From assembly GCF_000737315.1 (NCBI RefSeq), contig NZ_JMCB01000001.1, forward strand, positions 620,001-684,000: a stretch of 64,000 nt of DNA, given 5' to 3'. Both the position numbers and the translations under genes were made by a program. Below are positions 27,392 through 35,874 of this stretch, piece by piece (positions within the stretch are counted from its first letter, which is position 1; every line of letters begins with the position of its first letter). The DNA is from Hyalangium minutum (lineage in GTDB: Bacteria > Myxococcota > Myxococcia > Myxococcales > Myxococcaceae). The notes under the pieces were generated by a model. The model had not been told where the DNA came from. It made no database searches and saw nothing but the letters and a program-made list of their open reading frames with translations.

Positions 27392-28903
27392 TTGCTGAAT
27401 CGAACTCAGCGGCAGCAGATCTATCAGCAGCTCAATGCGATCGTCGCCACCGTGCGCGGCATCGACCCCGACGCCGCCGACGATCTCTCCGCGAGTGTCT
27501 ACTCCATGTCAGACGACGACCTGGAGTGGATTGCGCGCGAGGTCGTTCGCGGCGATGCGTACGGCTGGTTCTGGCAGGCGTCGTGGAAGGCCATGGCGCG
27601 CGCGTGGCTGCTGGTGGTGTTCGCCGGTGGTCCGCCACGGGGAGCCTATGACGAGCCGTCGCCCCAAGTGATGGCCGGCCACCTGAACTACCTGCGCACC
27701 GCCTCGGAGGCGACGCTGCGCGCCGGGATCGTCCATCGTATCCTCGACGCACAGACCGGGCGCGATGCCATCGCGGGGATCGTCCCGATGCTCACGGATG
27801 CGAGCCGTGATGCCTGGGATCCCAGCCTGTTCACCGATCCGACGCAGCACCGCGGCAATGCCTACCGGTACATCATCAACGCGCTCCGTCCGACCCGGAT
27901 CCAAGTCTCGGACGCGGCGGAGGTTCAGTACCTCCGCACCCACCGGTCGACGTTCATCGAGCCCGTCTCCGGCAACCCGAACGCCGTCGTGTATCACCTC
28001 ACCCGCTATTACCTGAGTGAACCGGATGCCTTGTGCTCGGAGGTCTTGAGCTGCTCGCTGATATCGCAGGCCAAGAAGACCACGTACCAGAACATGACGT
28101 TCGGCTTCGTCCTCTACGTGCCGAAGGCCAATATCTGCAACGCGGGCACGATCGATCTGGTGGCCGCCCAGGTGCAGAACACCGCGCGCGGAATGAACCT
28201 CTCGGGGCGGAGCACCTATCGCCGGACCCAGCGCATCACCGACTTCCTGTCCCAGCTCGGCGGGAAGGCGCGGCAGGTCATTCCCACGCCAGACCAGATC
28301 CTCACCGGCACCAGCGTGCATGGCCACAATGAGCTGATCGTCCTCGGCACCTTCATGGGGCAGGTGCGGGCACGTGCGCTGTTCGTCAAGGTGAGCAACG
28401 GGTGCCTGTGGCGGTCGTTCGTGGAGGACGACGTGAAACACAAGCTCACCGAGCTGATCTTCGCCTGCGCCCAGGCACGAAGAATTCCGGTGATCCCCAT
28501 TCGCGACGACTCCGGTGAAGCGTCGAAGATCAGCTTCCTCGATTGGTACAGGAATCGCTCGCTTCCTCGCGAGGAGCCACGGAGCGTGCAGTCCTCCATC
28601 CAGGCGGTGGTCTCGTCATCGAGAGAGCTGGTCGTCGACGATCGCTTTCCGAACGTCCAGCTGTCGATGGGGCAGGCGCGGGCGCTCCTTGCGCGCGAGC
28701 TGAACGTGTCTCCGTTCCTGGAACTCTCCGCGCTGCGCAGCACCTATCGCCGATTCGCCGTCACGCATCATCCGGACAAAACTGCTGACAAAGAGAAGCA
28801 GGCCAAATTCGTAGTCGTCCGCGGACTCCTGACCCTCATCGAGGGGGAGGAGACCGGGACGCGCGAGCCGCTCCCGATTGCGTGGAAGAAGCAGCTGGAC
28901 TGA
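27392..28903 (+). CDS. Hypothetical protein with possible ADP-ribosyltransferase-like core and C-terminal J-domain-like HPD motif
   Basis: AGGAGGT RBS before TTG; YRY...SCS...HNE motifs; C-terminal LRSTYRRFAVTHHPDK. Confidence 0.7.
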   Translation: MLNRTQRQQIYQQLNAIVATVRGIDPDAADDLSASVYSMSDDDLEWIAREVVRGDAYGWFWQASWKAMARAWLLVVFAGGPPRGAYDEPSPQVMAGHLNYLRTASEATLRAGIVHRILDAQTGRDAIAGIVPMLTDASRDAWDPSLFTDPTQHRGNAYRYIINALRPTRIQVSDAAEVQYLRTHRSTFIEPVSGNPNAVVYHLTRYYLSEPDALCSEVLSCSLISQAKKTTYQNMTFGFVLYVPKANICNAGTIDLVAAQVQNTARGMNLSGRSTYRRTQRITDFLSQLGGKARQVIPTPDQILTGTSVHGHNELIVLGTFMGQVRARALFVKVSNGCLWRSFVEDDVKHKLTELIFACAQARRIPVIPIRDDSGEASKISFLDWYRNRSLPREEPRSVQSSIQAVVSSSRELVVDDRFPNVQLSMGQARALLARELNVSPFLELSALRSTYRRFAVTHHPDKTADKEKQAKFVVVRGLLTLIEGEETGTREPLPIAWKKQLD

Positions 28904-28980
28904 GTGCTACCGCTAGCCCGGATCGGTCACAGGAGACGGCTTGTCGCTCGGCAGCGTCCAGGGCGGATGTCCTGCGCAAC

Positions 28981-29027
28981 ACGTCCGTCACCCGAGCCGC
29001 TGCACATTTCAGAGACACCGTCCGCAG
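28981..29027 (-). repeat. 47-bp inverted repeat, right copy
   Basis: acgtccgtcacccgagccgctgcacatttcagagacaccgtccgcag. Confidence 0.9.
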
Positions 29028-29114
29028 GGATGGGGCGGCAGAACGAACCGATGAGAAATCAAGGCGTTCGCAGGTAACAGCGCGACCTGCTTGGGGTTTT
29101 GCTTCCGCCTTGCC

Positions 29115-29142
29115 GCGAGTTCGATTCCCACCGCCTCCATCC
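29115..29142 (+). repeat. tmRNA (ssrA)-like 3' end fragment, att-like copy 4
   Basis: gcgagttcgattcccaccgcctccatcc; two substitutions relative to copy 3. Confidence 0.7.
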
Positions 29143-29168
29143 TCGTCCGTGTGTGAATGGACAGATCT

Positions 29169-30803
29169 TCAGTTCATGATGTTGTCCATCTTCTTTCCGA
29201 CCTTGTCGAACGCGACCATGTTCTCCATGGTCGCGCCCTCGGCGTGCTGCTGCATGAAGTCCGACTCCACCTTGGTGGACTCGCCCAGCACGAGCGTCCT
29301 GTCCTGCCCTTCCTTGTTCTGGGGCCATGCGGGCCCCGTGGCGGATGAAGGCGTCCCGGTCACAGCGAACTTGAAGAAGTATTCATTGGCGAGGGCCGCC
29401 ACCCCGCGATCCTTCTCCGTGACCGTGACCGGCTCATTGGGTTTGCCCGGCGGAAAGGGCGGGGCGTAGGCGAGCGTGTCCATGGTGAAGATGACATCAT
29501 CACCGTGACGAGTCCCCTTCGGGACCGTGGCGCGGTGGTTCTCCGCGGTGTAGTCGAAGTAGTACCGCCAGGTCGGCGCGAGCTTGCTATGCGCCTTGGC
29601 GAGGTTGTACGTCGTCACGGTGAAGACCGCGTCGCGCGCCAGGCGGCGGCCGACCTCGTCCCGGACGTCTTCTGCTTCCCCCGACGCGAGATCCGGGTAG
29701 TAGTTCCTCGGGACATCGGGTGTCGGGATGGGCGCGGGCAGCCCGGTCACCGCCACGAGGATGATGGAGCCCGTGTTTATCCCGGGGACATCGAGCACCA
29801 CGCTGCCATCATCACTGGTGTTGCCGATGATGAGCGGCAATGCCGACACCGCGCCGTTCAGGAAGCTATCGATGACCCCGGCCTCGTTGGGCAGCACGGA
29901 GTCTCCGCTGACCGCGACCGGAGAGTTCGACGTCCCCTTGAGCTGCTGCTGGGTGAGCTTGCCCTCCATGTTCATGATGTCCTTCGCATCCAGCTCGCGG
30001 AGCTCCGCGGCGGTCACATCTTTCCCGCCCGCCCCGAGCAGGCCCATGAGCTTCTTGCCGCGCGCAAGCGCCTGCGTCTGGCTGACCTCGGGGAACCTGT
30101 ACACGCTCTGGGCGATCCCCCGGTGGAACAGGGGCTTTTGCCGTTTGTTGACAAGCGGCGAGGCGAACAGCGCGAGAACGCTCCTCGCGCCGGCGGATTG
30201 ACCGAAGAGGGTCACGTTGTCCGGATCGCCCCCGAACTGTTCGATGTTCCTCTGCACCCACTCGAGCGCCGCGATCTGATCGAGCAGCCCGAAGTTGTTC
30301 ACGCGAGGCTCGTTTTTTTCGAGGCGCTCCTTCTCGAGTGCCTCGTGCGCGAAGAAGCCGAGGGCGCCGAGCCGGTAATTGATGGTGACCAGGATCACGC
30401 CCCGCTTCACCAGGGGCGCCCCGTGATAAACAGGCAGCCTGCCTGCGCCAAGGGTGTAGGCGCCGCCGTGGATCCACACCATGACCGGGAGCTTCGGGGC
30501 GCCCGCCTCACGCTCGGGCGTCCAGACGTTGAGATAGAGGCAATCCTCATCCATGGGATCCGGATCGCCGCCACCCACCTGGATGCAGGTCTCCCGATTC
30601 TGGTAGCAAGACGGGGCCTTGTCATTGGATGGGCGCGGCTGGGTCCAGTGCTGGACGGGGCGCGGAGGGTGCCAGCGCCCCTCCTGTCCCGTGGGTGGCT
30701 GAGCGTAGGGAATACCCATATAGGCAACGACGCCGGGCTCGATGATGGCGCCTTGAACCGGGCCTTCGACAGTCTGGACGGGCGGCGTGGTCTTGGTGGT
30801 CAT
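29169..30803 (-). CDS. Type-B carboxylesterase/lipase
   Basis: GIPYAQPP, EDCLYLNVW.P, VMVWIHGG, NYRLG.LGF, GLLDQ.AALEWVQ.NI..FGGDP.NVTLFGQSAG, HGDD. Confidence 0.9.
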   Translation of the reverse strand: MTTKTTPPVQTVEGPVQGAIIEPGVVAYMGIPYAQPPTGQEGRWHPPRPVQHWTQPRPSNDKAPSCYQNRETCIQVGGGDPDPMDEDCLYLNVWTPEREAGAPKLPVMVWIHGGAYTLGAGRLPVYHGAPLVKRGVILVTINYRLGALGFFAHEALEKERLEKNEPRVNNFGLLDQIAALEWVQRNIEQFGGDPDNVTLFGQSAGARSVLALFASPLVNKRQKPLFHRGIAQSVYRFPEVSQTQALARGKKLMGLLGAGGKDVTAAELRELDAKDIMNMEGKLTQQQLKGTSNSPVAVSGDSVLPNEAGVIDSFLNGAVSALPLIIGNTSDDGSVVLDVPGINTGSIILVAVTGLPAPIPTPDVPRNYYPDLASGEAEDVRDEVGRRLARDAVFTVTTYNLAKAHSKLAPTWRYYFDYTAENHRATVPKGTRHGDDVIFTMDTLAYAPPFPPGKPNEPVTVTEKDRGVAALANEYFFKFAVTGTPSSATGPAWPQNKEGQDRTLVLGESTKVESDFMQQHAEGATMENMVAFDKVGKKMDNIMN

Positions 30804-31042
30804 TCGTATGACTCCTTCGGGGTTGATGTGAGTCCCTGCTTGCACGGATGGTGATTCTTGAACCCTGGGCGCAGGCTTGGATCTCTGACTGATTCCCAGA
30901 CAGGGACCCAGGAGCGCTCAGGGCGGAGTCGCATATAGGCTTAGATCACGGCGTGGCCCATTGAGATCTTTGTTGAATTGACTCGCGACTCGACCTGTGC
31001 TGAGCGGCCAAGTCGGTGCCATTCTGCCGGACGGGTCAAGCA

Positions 31043-31729
31043 TCACGGGGTGACGGTGAGGAGTTTCTGCCCGTTCAGCCACGCGTCGATCATCCCGTCC
31101 TCGAGCAACCGCCCCACGATGTGGTAGCGCGATTCCATCGCTGGCGAGGTGAGCGCGTCCTCGCAGAGGACCTTCGCGTCACCCAAGTATGAGGCGTGGC
31201 ACATCCACACCTGCTCGCCGTCGTTCCACAGGAACCCGACGTGGTAGTCGAGCCCCACGAGGTAGAGCCCCGCGCCTGCACCCTTGACGCGGAGGATGAC
31301 CTCGGACACCGGCCGATTACGGAAGCGCCAGGTCTTCGCGGGAGGGACCAGGGTCTTCACGATGTTCTCGGCGCTCTGCTGCGCCATCCGCACGCGCTCT
31401 ACGCGGAAGCCCGCATCCTTCAAGACCGTAGACACCAGGTAGCCACAGGCGATGCTTCCCGTGCCTGGCGTCTGGCTGTCACCGTAGAACTCCCAGGGTG
31501 TGCCGAACCAGGCGGGAAGGATGTGTCGGGTGATCGCCTCTCGCACGATTGTGCGGGCCTCGTCCCGCACAGCCTTGCGATCAACCTTGGGTTGGAGCCA
31601 CCGCTCGGCGAGTGCCATGCGCTGAGCGGCGAGCGCGGAGACCCCTGCGGCGTACGTTCCACCCACCGGTGACACCGTGCGCTCTGCATCCGCCTGGGTG
31701 AGGGCGAGGAGCAACAGAAAAGGGAGCAT
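31043..31729 (-). CDS. Exported protein with NlpC/P60-like (papain-fold) Cys-His motifs
   Basis: Signal peptide; W.GTPW.F.G...IACGYLVS, HVGFL, HAS. Confidence 0.6.
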   Translation of the reverse strand: MLPFLLLLALTQADAERTVSPVGGTYAAGVSALAAQRMALAERWLQPKVDRKAVRDEARTIVREAITRHILPAWFGTPWEFYGDSQTPGTGSIACGYLVSTVLKDAGFRVERVRMAQQSAENIVKTLVPPAKTWRFRNRPVSEVILRVKGAGAGLYLVGLDYHVGFLWNDGEQVWMCHASYLGDAKVLCEDALTSPAMESRYHIVGRLLEDGMIDAWLNGQKLLTVTP

Positions 31730-31883
31730 GCCACGGTGGACGCTTGAGAGCTTCCCACGGGTCCAAAACGATAGGAGAAATCATGGTCGCCGCGTCCTGC
31801 TCGGCCCGGGGGCGCGCGCGAGGGTGTCCGACAGTGCCAGCTCGGGCCGGTGGAGTGTGCCAGGAGACGCGCAGCAGCCTCCT

Positions 31884-32642
31884 TCAGCGTGGAGAGTCGC
31901 GTCCGCCGATCTTTGGGAAGCGCTCGTAGGCCCGCTTGAGCGCGTCCAGGTGGGCGGGGTTGTCATAATCGAGCGGCGCATCCGTGAGCTTCACAACCCA
32001 TCCGCCCGACGGCGTGCGCCGCGCCCGCGTGAGCAGTTCGGCGTCGCGAGCAGGATCCGGGAACCCGATGGCCTGCGCGGCAGCAGCAGACCAATAGTTC
32101 AACCACCCGAGGAAATAGGGAATCTCAGGCCCGGGGAGTTTTTCTGGAAGATTGAGCATGGGAAGCCCACGGGGTGAGCGCTCCGGCCCATGAGCGGAGC
32201 GGCGAAACTGGTCCCCGACTTCCGAGCCGTAACCATACCGGGACGCATGCCCCCAGAACGCGCGCGCCCCCTCCGCCACGGCCTCAAGCATAGCCTCCGC
32301 TGCCGAGATAACGGCCTCGTCTAGCGGCAACTCCGCATGAACTTGGAGCTGCGGCTGACCGCCCGGGCTGAAGAGTACCGAGCTTTCCCTGCCGTTCACC
32401 GTCACGGGGTAACTCTCGTCCCCGTTGCACAGAAGAGGGAATCTCCCGTCCTGCGTCCTTTCCACGAGCCACGCGTCGCGATGCGGCAATGCGATGGGGC
32501 GCCCTCCTTCGGAGATCCTCCACGCCAAGCGCAAACCGGGAAGTGCTTTTTCCATCCCATGGATGACATCGAGCGTACGGCCGTCTTTGCTCACGAGCGC
32601 AGGCGCGTAGACGATGAGGGTGAGGGCTCTGGGCTTGGTCAT
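31884..32642 (-). CDS. Putative immunity protein (DUF5953-like), paralog 2
   Basis: ATGA overlap with upstream toxin; paralog of 11222-11980. Confidence 0.7.
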   Translation of the reverse strand: MTKPRALTLIVYAPALVSKDGRTLDVIHGMEKALPGLRLAWRISEGGRPIALPHRDAWLVERTQDGRFPLLCNGDESYPVTVNGRESSVLFSPGGQPQLQVHAELPLDEAVISAAEAMLEAVAEGARAFWGHASRYGYGSEVGDQFRRSAHGPERSPRGLPMLNLPEKLPGPEIPYFLGWLNYWSAAAAQAIGFPDPARDAELLTRARRTPSGGWVVKLTDAPLDYDNPAHLDALKRAYERFPKIGGRDSPR

Positions 32643-33556
32643 CGTATGCACCCCGTAACGACGATATTGAGTTCGGGAAGCGCTTCGCGCAGCGCGTCTT
32701 TGTGCGCTTGCGTGCTCACCCCAACGACGAAGTCGTATCCACAGGCCCGCGCAGCGCCGAGTTCCTTCTTCAATTGCTCCACCGCCTTCTCAAGCTCCCG
32801 CCTCCGGATAAAGTCAGGATAGGTGTCAAATCGGTGGGTCTTGATCTCCCACAGCACGCGCACACCGACTTGCAGCGCATCGAAGCGCTCACCGCCCACG
32901 AATACGTCCATGCCGGGGTAACGGTTGGGCGGAAACTTATCGGCGCACTCATTATGCGGGACATCTCCGCCCGCGTGCCGCACCGGGATGGGCTCGCACG
33001 ACGGACGGCGCGGCGTGGTTTCTGGCGGTGGGGGGAACATGTCTCCGGAGGGTGATCCCTTTGGCTTTGGCGTTCGGTTCGCTAACGGTTCCTGAGCGGG
33101 CTGCGTTTGAGCCTGGGGCTTCGCGCGCTCGCGGGATGCGTTCCGTTGATAAGCATCAATCCCCTCTTGGATGGCGGCGGCCACCACCACCGCACCAACA
33201 ACAATCACTGCACCGACGACGATCTCGGGTGCCGCAAAGACACAGAGGGCCACGACTGCGGGAGCGGCTGCATCCGCGTAGGCGACAGCGCATCTTTTGG
33301 TGACATCCCGGAACCTGACCCTGTCGCGATCAAGAGCGTGAAAGCACCGCTCCGCAAGGATCGGCCACTCGTTGGAGGCTTCCCTCACCACGCAATGCCC
33401 GTCATCCGTCCACGGGTACTGCGCCGCCCGCTGAAGGTTGGCGAATCTCGGACTCTGGGGACTCGGGTCCTCCAGCTCTCCCGGGCTCGGATCCATCGTG
33501 GCGCAGGCCGAGAGCAGGATCAGGATCAGGGGGACGGTCCAAGTTCGCGAACGCAT
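32639..33556 (-). CDS. Polymorphic lipoprotein toxin (SitA-like; DUF6310-like), paralog 2
   Basis: LSAC lipobox; conserved N-terminus with 10318-11220; C-terminal FDAL...LWEIK. Confidence 0.75.
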   Translation of the reverse strand: MRSRTWTVPLILILLSACATMDPSPGELEDPSPQSPRFANLQRAAQYPWTDDGHCVVREASNEWPILAERCFHALDRDRVRFRDVTKRCAVAYADAAAPAVVALCVFAAPEIVVGAVIVVGAVVVAAAIQEGIDAYQRNASRERAKPQAQTQPAQEPLANRTPKPKGSPSGDMFPPPPETTPRRPSCEPIPVRHAGGDVPHNECADKFPPNRYPGMDVFVGGERFDALQVGVRVLWEIKTHRFDTYPDFIRRRELEKAVEQLKKELGAARACGYDFVVGVSTQAHKDALREALPELNIVVTGCIR

Positions 33557-33901
33557 GGCCTCGTCCTTTCAATCAAGCGAGGTGCTGCGGGTCAAGGCTA
33601 CGCCGATTCACCTCTGGAGAATATCAGCACGCCCCAACAGCTTGAGGGAGCTCACGCCGATGAGGACGGCCAGAGGGAAGCGCTCGCGCAGGCGGGACAT
33701 GAGGCAAGGTGCCGGACACGAGCGCCCCGCGTCCCCTTCTCAGGAACGCGGGGCCGTGCTGGTTGCAGGCGAGGTTCGTTGTGTACGGGAGCAGGCCGAC
33801 CGTTTCATGGTCACAGCCCACAATGGCCAGGGCAAGCTCCTGTCCACATTCCAACTTGATGCTCGAGCACACCCGCTCTGAACCCTGTGGGAGACACAAC
33901 G

Positions 33902-34351
33902 ATGCTCAAAGAGAGACTTGTTGGCACCTGGCAACTCATCGCCGTCGAGGGCCGCTTGCCTGATGGCAGCCGGAACCACCCTTACGGGAAGAATCCCCTC
34001 GGCATGCTGATCTATGACAGCCACGGGAACATGGCGGTGCAACTCATGAACCGAAACCGCCCTTCCTTCACGTCCGCAGACTTGAAGGGGAGCACAGGAC
34101 AGGAGGCAAAAGAAGCGCTCGACGGGGCCGCCGTGTACTTCGGGAGCTACGAGACCGACGAGCAGACGGCGAGGGTCTGCCACCACATCCAGGGCAGCGT
34201 CTTTCCGAACTGGATTGGAACTGTTCAGAGAAGGAGGGCAACCTTGGAAGGCAACCGGCTGGTCTTGAGCACGGGCCCCCTGCTGATGGGAGGCACCGAA
34301 TCCGAGATCGTCCTGGAATGGCAGCGCGTGGCCCCATCAGAAGTGACATAG
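33902..34351 (+). CDS. Lipocalin-like domain protein
   Basis: LVGTW.LI.....P.G..P.G.LIY...G.M.VQ, Y.G.Y, H......FPNW.G..Q.R. Confidence 0.75.
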   Translation: MLKERLVGTWQLIAVEGRLPDGSRNHPYGKNPLGMLIYDSHGNMAVQLMNRNRPSFTSADLKGSTGQEAKEALDGAAVYFGSYETDEQTARVCHHIQGSVFPNWIGTVQRRRATLEGNRLVLSTGPLLMGGTESEIVLEWQRVAPSEVT

Positions 34352-34368
34352 GAGGGAAGAGAGGCCCC

Positions 34369-35862
34369 TCATCCCGAAGATGCGGCGCGCGTCTCTGACT
34401 GCACTCCCGGTGTCATGGGGGCCGGGTGAAGGCTCTGAACGAGCAAGCCTCGCAGGGCCTCGGTGAGATCGTCTCCCAGTGCGATGGATCCGGCGGGCGC
34501 ACCGTTCAGCTTGTCCGGCACGGTGGAGCCCAGCACGGCGATGGGCACTCGAATCTCCCACGCCAGGTAGTGGGCGAGCCGCACCGCCGCCTCGGAGCTG
34601 TCCATCAGAAGCGCTCCCACCGCTCCCGCACTGAACGGCCGCCAGAGCGGACGGGCCGCCTCAGCCGGCGGCAGGACGCAGAAGTCCAGGTGAAGCACCT
34701 CGCTCAGCTCCAGCCGCCCCAGCGTCCCGAAGCCGCTCTTCACCGCTTTGGGCTCCGCTGACACGGCCGCCAGTCCCGGCAACTGCGCGAACAACCGCCG
34801 GGCTGCCGCCGGGCCGTTGCCGCAGATGAACACCTTCGCCGTCACCACCTTCAGCGGTGACTTCCCGCGCAGCACCCGGCTCCGCAGCGCGTGCAGCTCC
34901 GCGGGCCCCAGCAGCGGGCCGCTCCCCTCCCCTTCGCCCTCCGCGACCCGCGCCACGCCCTTCTGCATCAGCGTGATGAGGACGCCCAGCACCTCCAGGT
35001 CCGGCGCCGGCGCCAGGTCCAGCACCTCGCCCAGCGCCCGAGGCTGCCGCAGCAGGTCCACCACCTGCGCCGTCACCGGGTGCTGCTCCTGCGGCAGGTC
35101 CGCGTCCGGCGCCAACACCATCCGCGTCGTGCGCGGCGGCAGCGAGGGCAACAGACGGTTCACCTCGTCCGCCTGCCGCATGCCCTCCAACAGCGCGTCA
35201 TCCATCGCCCGGTCGATGCGCGGCTTGCCCAGGTTCGTCCCCGGCGAGAACGTGAACGTGCCCTCCGTCCACGCCAGCAGCCGGAACAGCGCCTTCTCTC
35301 CCTCCACCCGCCCCACCCGCGCGTTCACCGAGCGGCCCTCTGTCACGAGGATCTCTCCCCGCTCGCTGCCCCGCTCCAGGCTCAGCTTCCCGCTGCGCTT
35401 GTTCATCCCCAGGATCTGCAGCAGATCCGGGATGCCCAGCTGCGTCAGCGAGCCTTCAATCTCCTGGGCGTCGTTCTTGAGATCCTTCGCCGCCTCGTTG
35501 CGCCGGAAGATGTGCTCCAGCCGGCTCAGCACCTCGTCCAGGTTGAACGGCTTCTTCAGGTGCGCCGCCAGCCGCAGTCCGCGCAGCCGGTCCACGTCCA
35601 GGTTCGTCGTCGTGAGGACGACTGGCACCTCCTCCGTCCGAGGGTTCGTCCGCAGAATCTGGATGAACGTGCGCGCGTCCAGCAGCCTGCACGCCTCGTC
35701 GAACAGCACCAGGTCCGGGTGCCGCAGCACGCAGATCTCCAGCGCCCGCGAGCCATCCGGCGCGTAGTGCACCTGATAGCCCCGGGCCCTCAGCGCGCGC
35801 GTGAGCGTCCGCACCGACTCGATGTCGGGATCTGCGATGAGGATCTTGCGGACCTGGGCCAC
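34369..35862 (-). CDS. Response regulator with DUF4388-like domain
   Basis: Receiver (ILIAD, DLVLFD, KKPF) then GSL.Q..IPDLLQIL.MNKRSG.L motif. Confidence 0.8.
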   Translation of the reverse strand: MAQVRKILIADPDIESVRTLTRALRARGYQVHYAPDGSRALEICVLRHPDLVLFDEACRLLDARTFIQILRTNPRTEEVPVVLTTTNLDVDRLRGLRLAAHLKKPFNLDEVLSRLEHIFRRNEAAKDLKNDAQEIEGSLTQLGIPDLLQILGMNKRSGKLSLERGSERGEILVTEGRSVNARVGRVEGEKALFRLLAWTEGTFTFSPGTNLGKPRIDRAMDDALLEGMRQADEVNRLLPSLPPRTTRMVLAPDADLPQEQHPVTAQVVDLLRQPRALGEVLDLAPAPDLEVLGVLITLMQKGVARVAEGEGEGSGPLLGPAELHALRSRVLRGKSPLKVVTAKVFICGNGPAAARRLFAQLPGLAAVSAEPKAVKSGFGTLGRLELSEVLHLDFCVLPPAEAARPLWRPFSAGAVGALLMDSSEAAVRLAHYLAWEIRVPIAVLGSTVPDKLNGAPAGSIALGDDLTEALRGLLVQSLHPAPMTPGVQSETRAASSG

Positions 35863-35874
35863 CGTGCGCGCTCG

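Larger units (their letters stand above)
50..29142. mobile_element. Tandem array of integrated elements / genomic islands delimited by ssrA-like 3' repeats
   Basis: Four direct-repeat att-like copies separate blocks of accessory genes, including a phage capsid remnant, toxins and an IS; no integrase in window. Confidence 0.55.

Noticed and set aside
4-29142. Calling the GGTTCGATTCCC motifs complete tRNA or tmRNA genes
   Set aside because: Only the T-arm and acceptor 3' strand are present. No matching 5' acceptor strand, D-arm or anticodon arm lies upstream of any copy.
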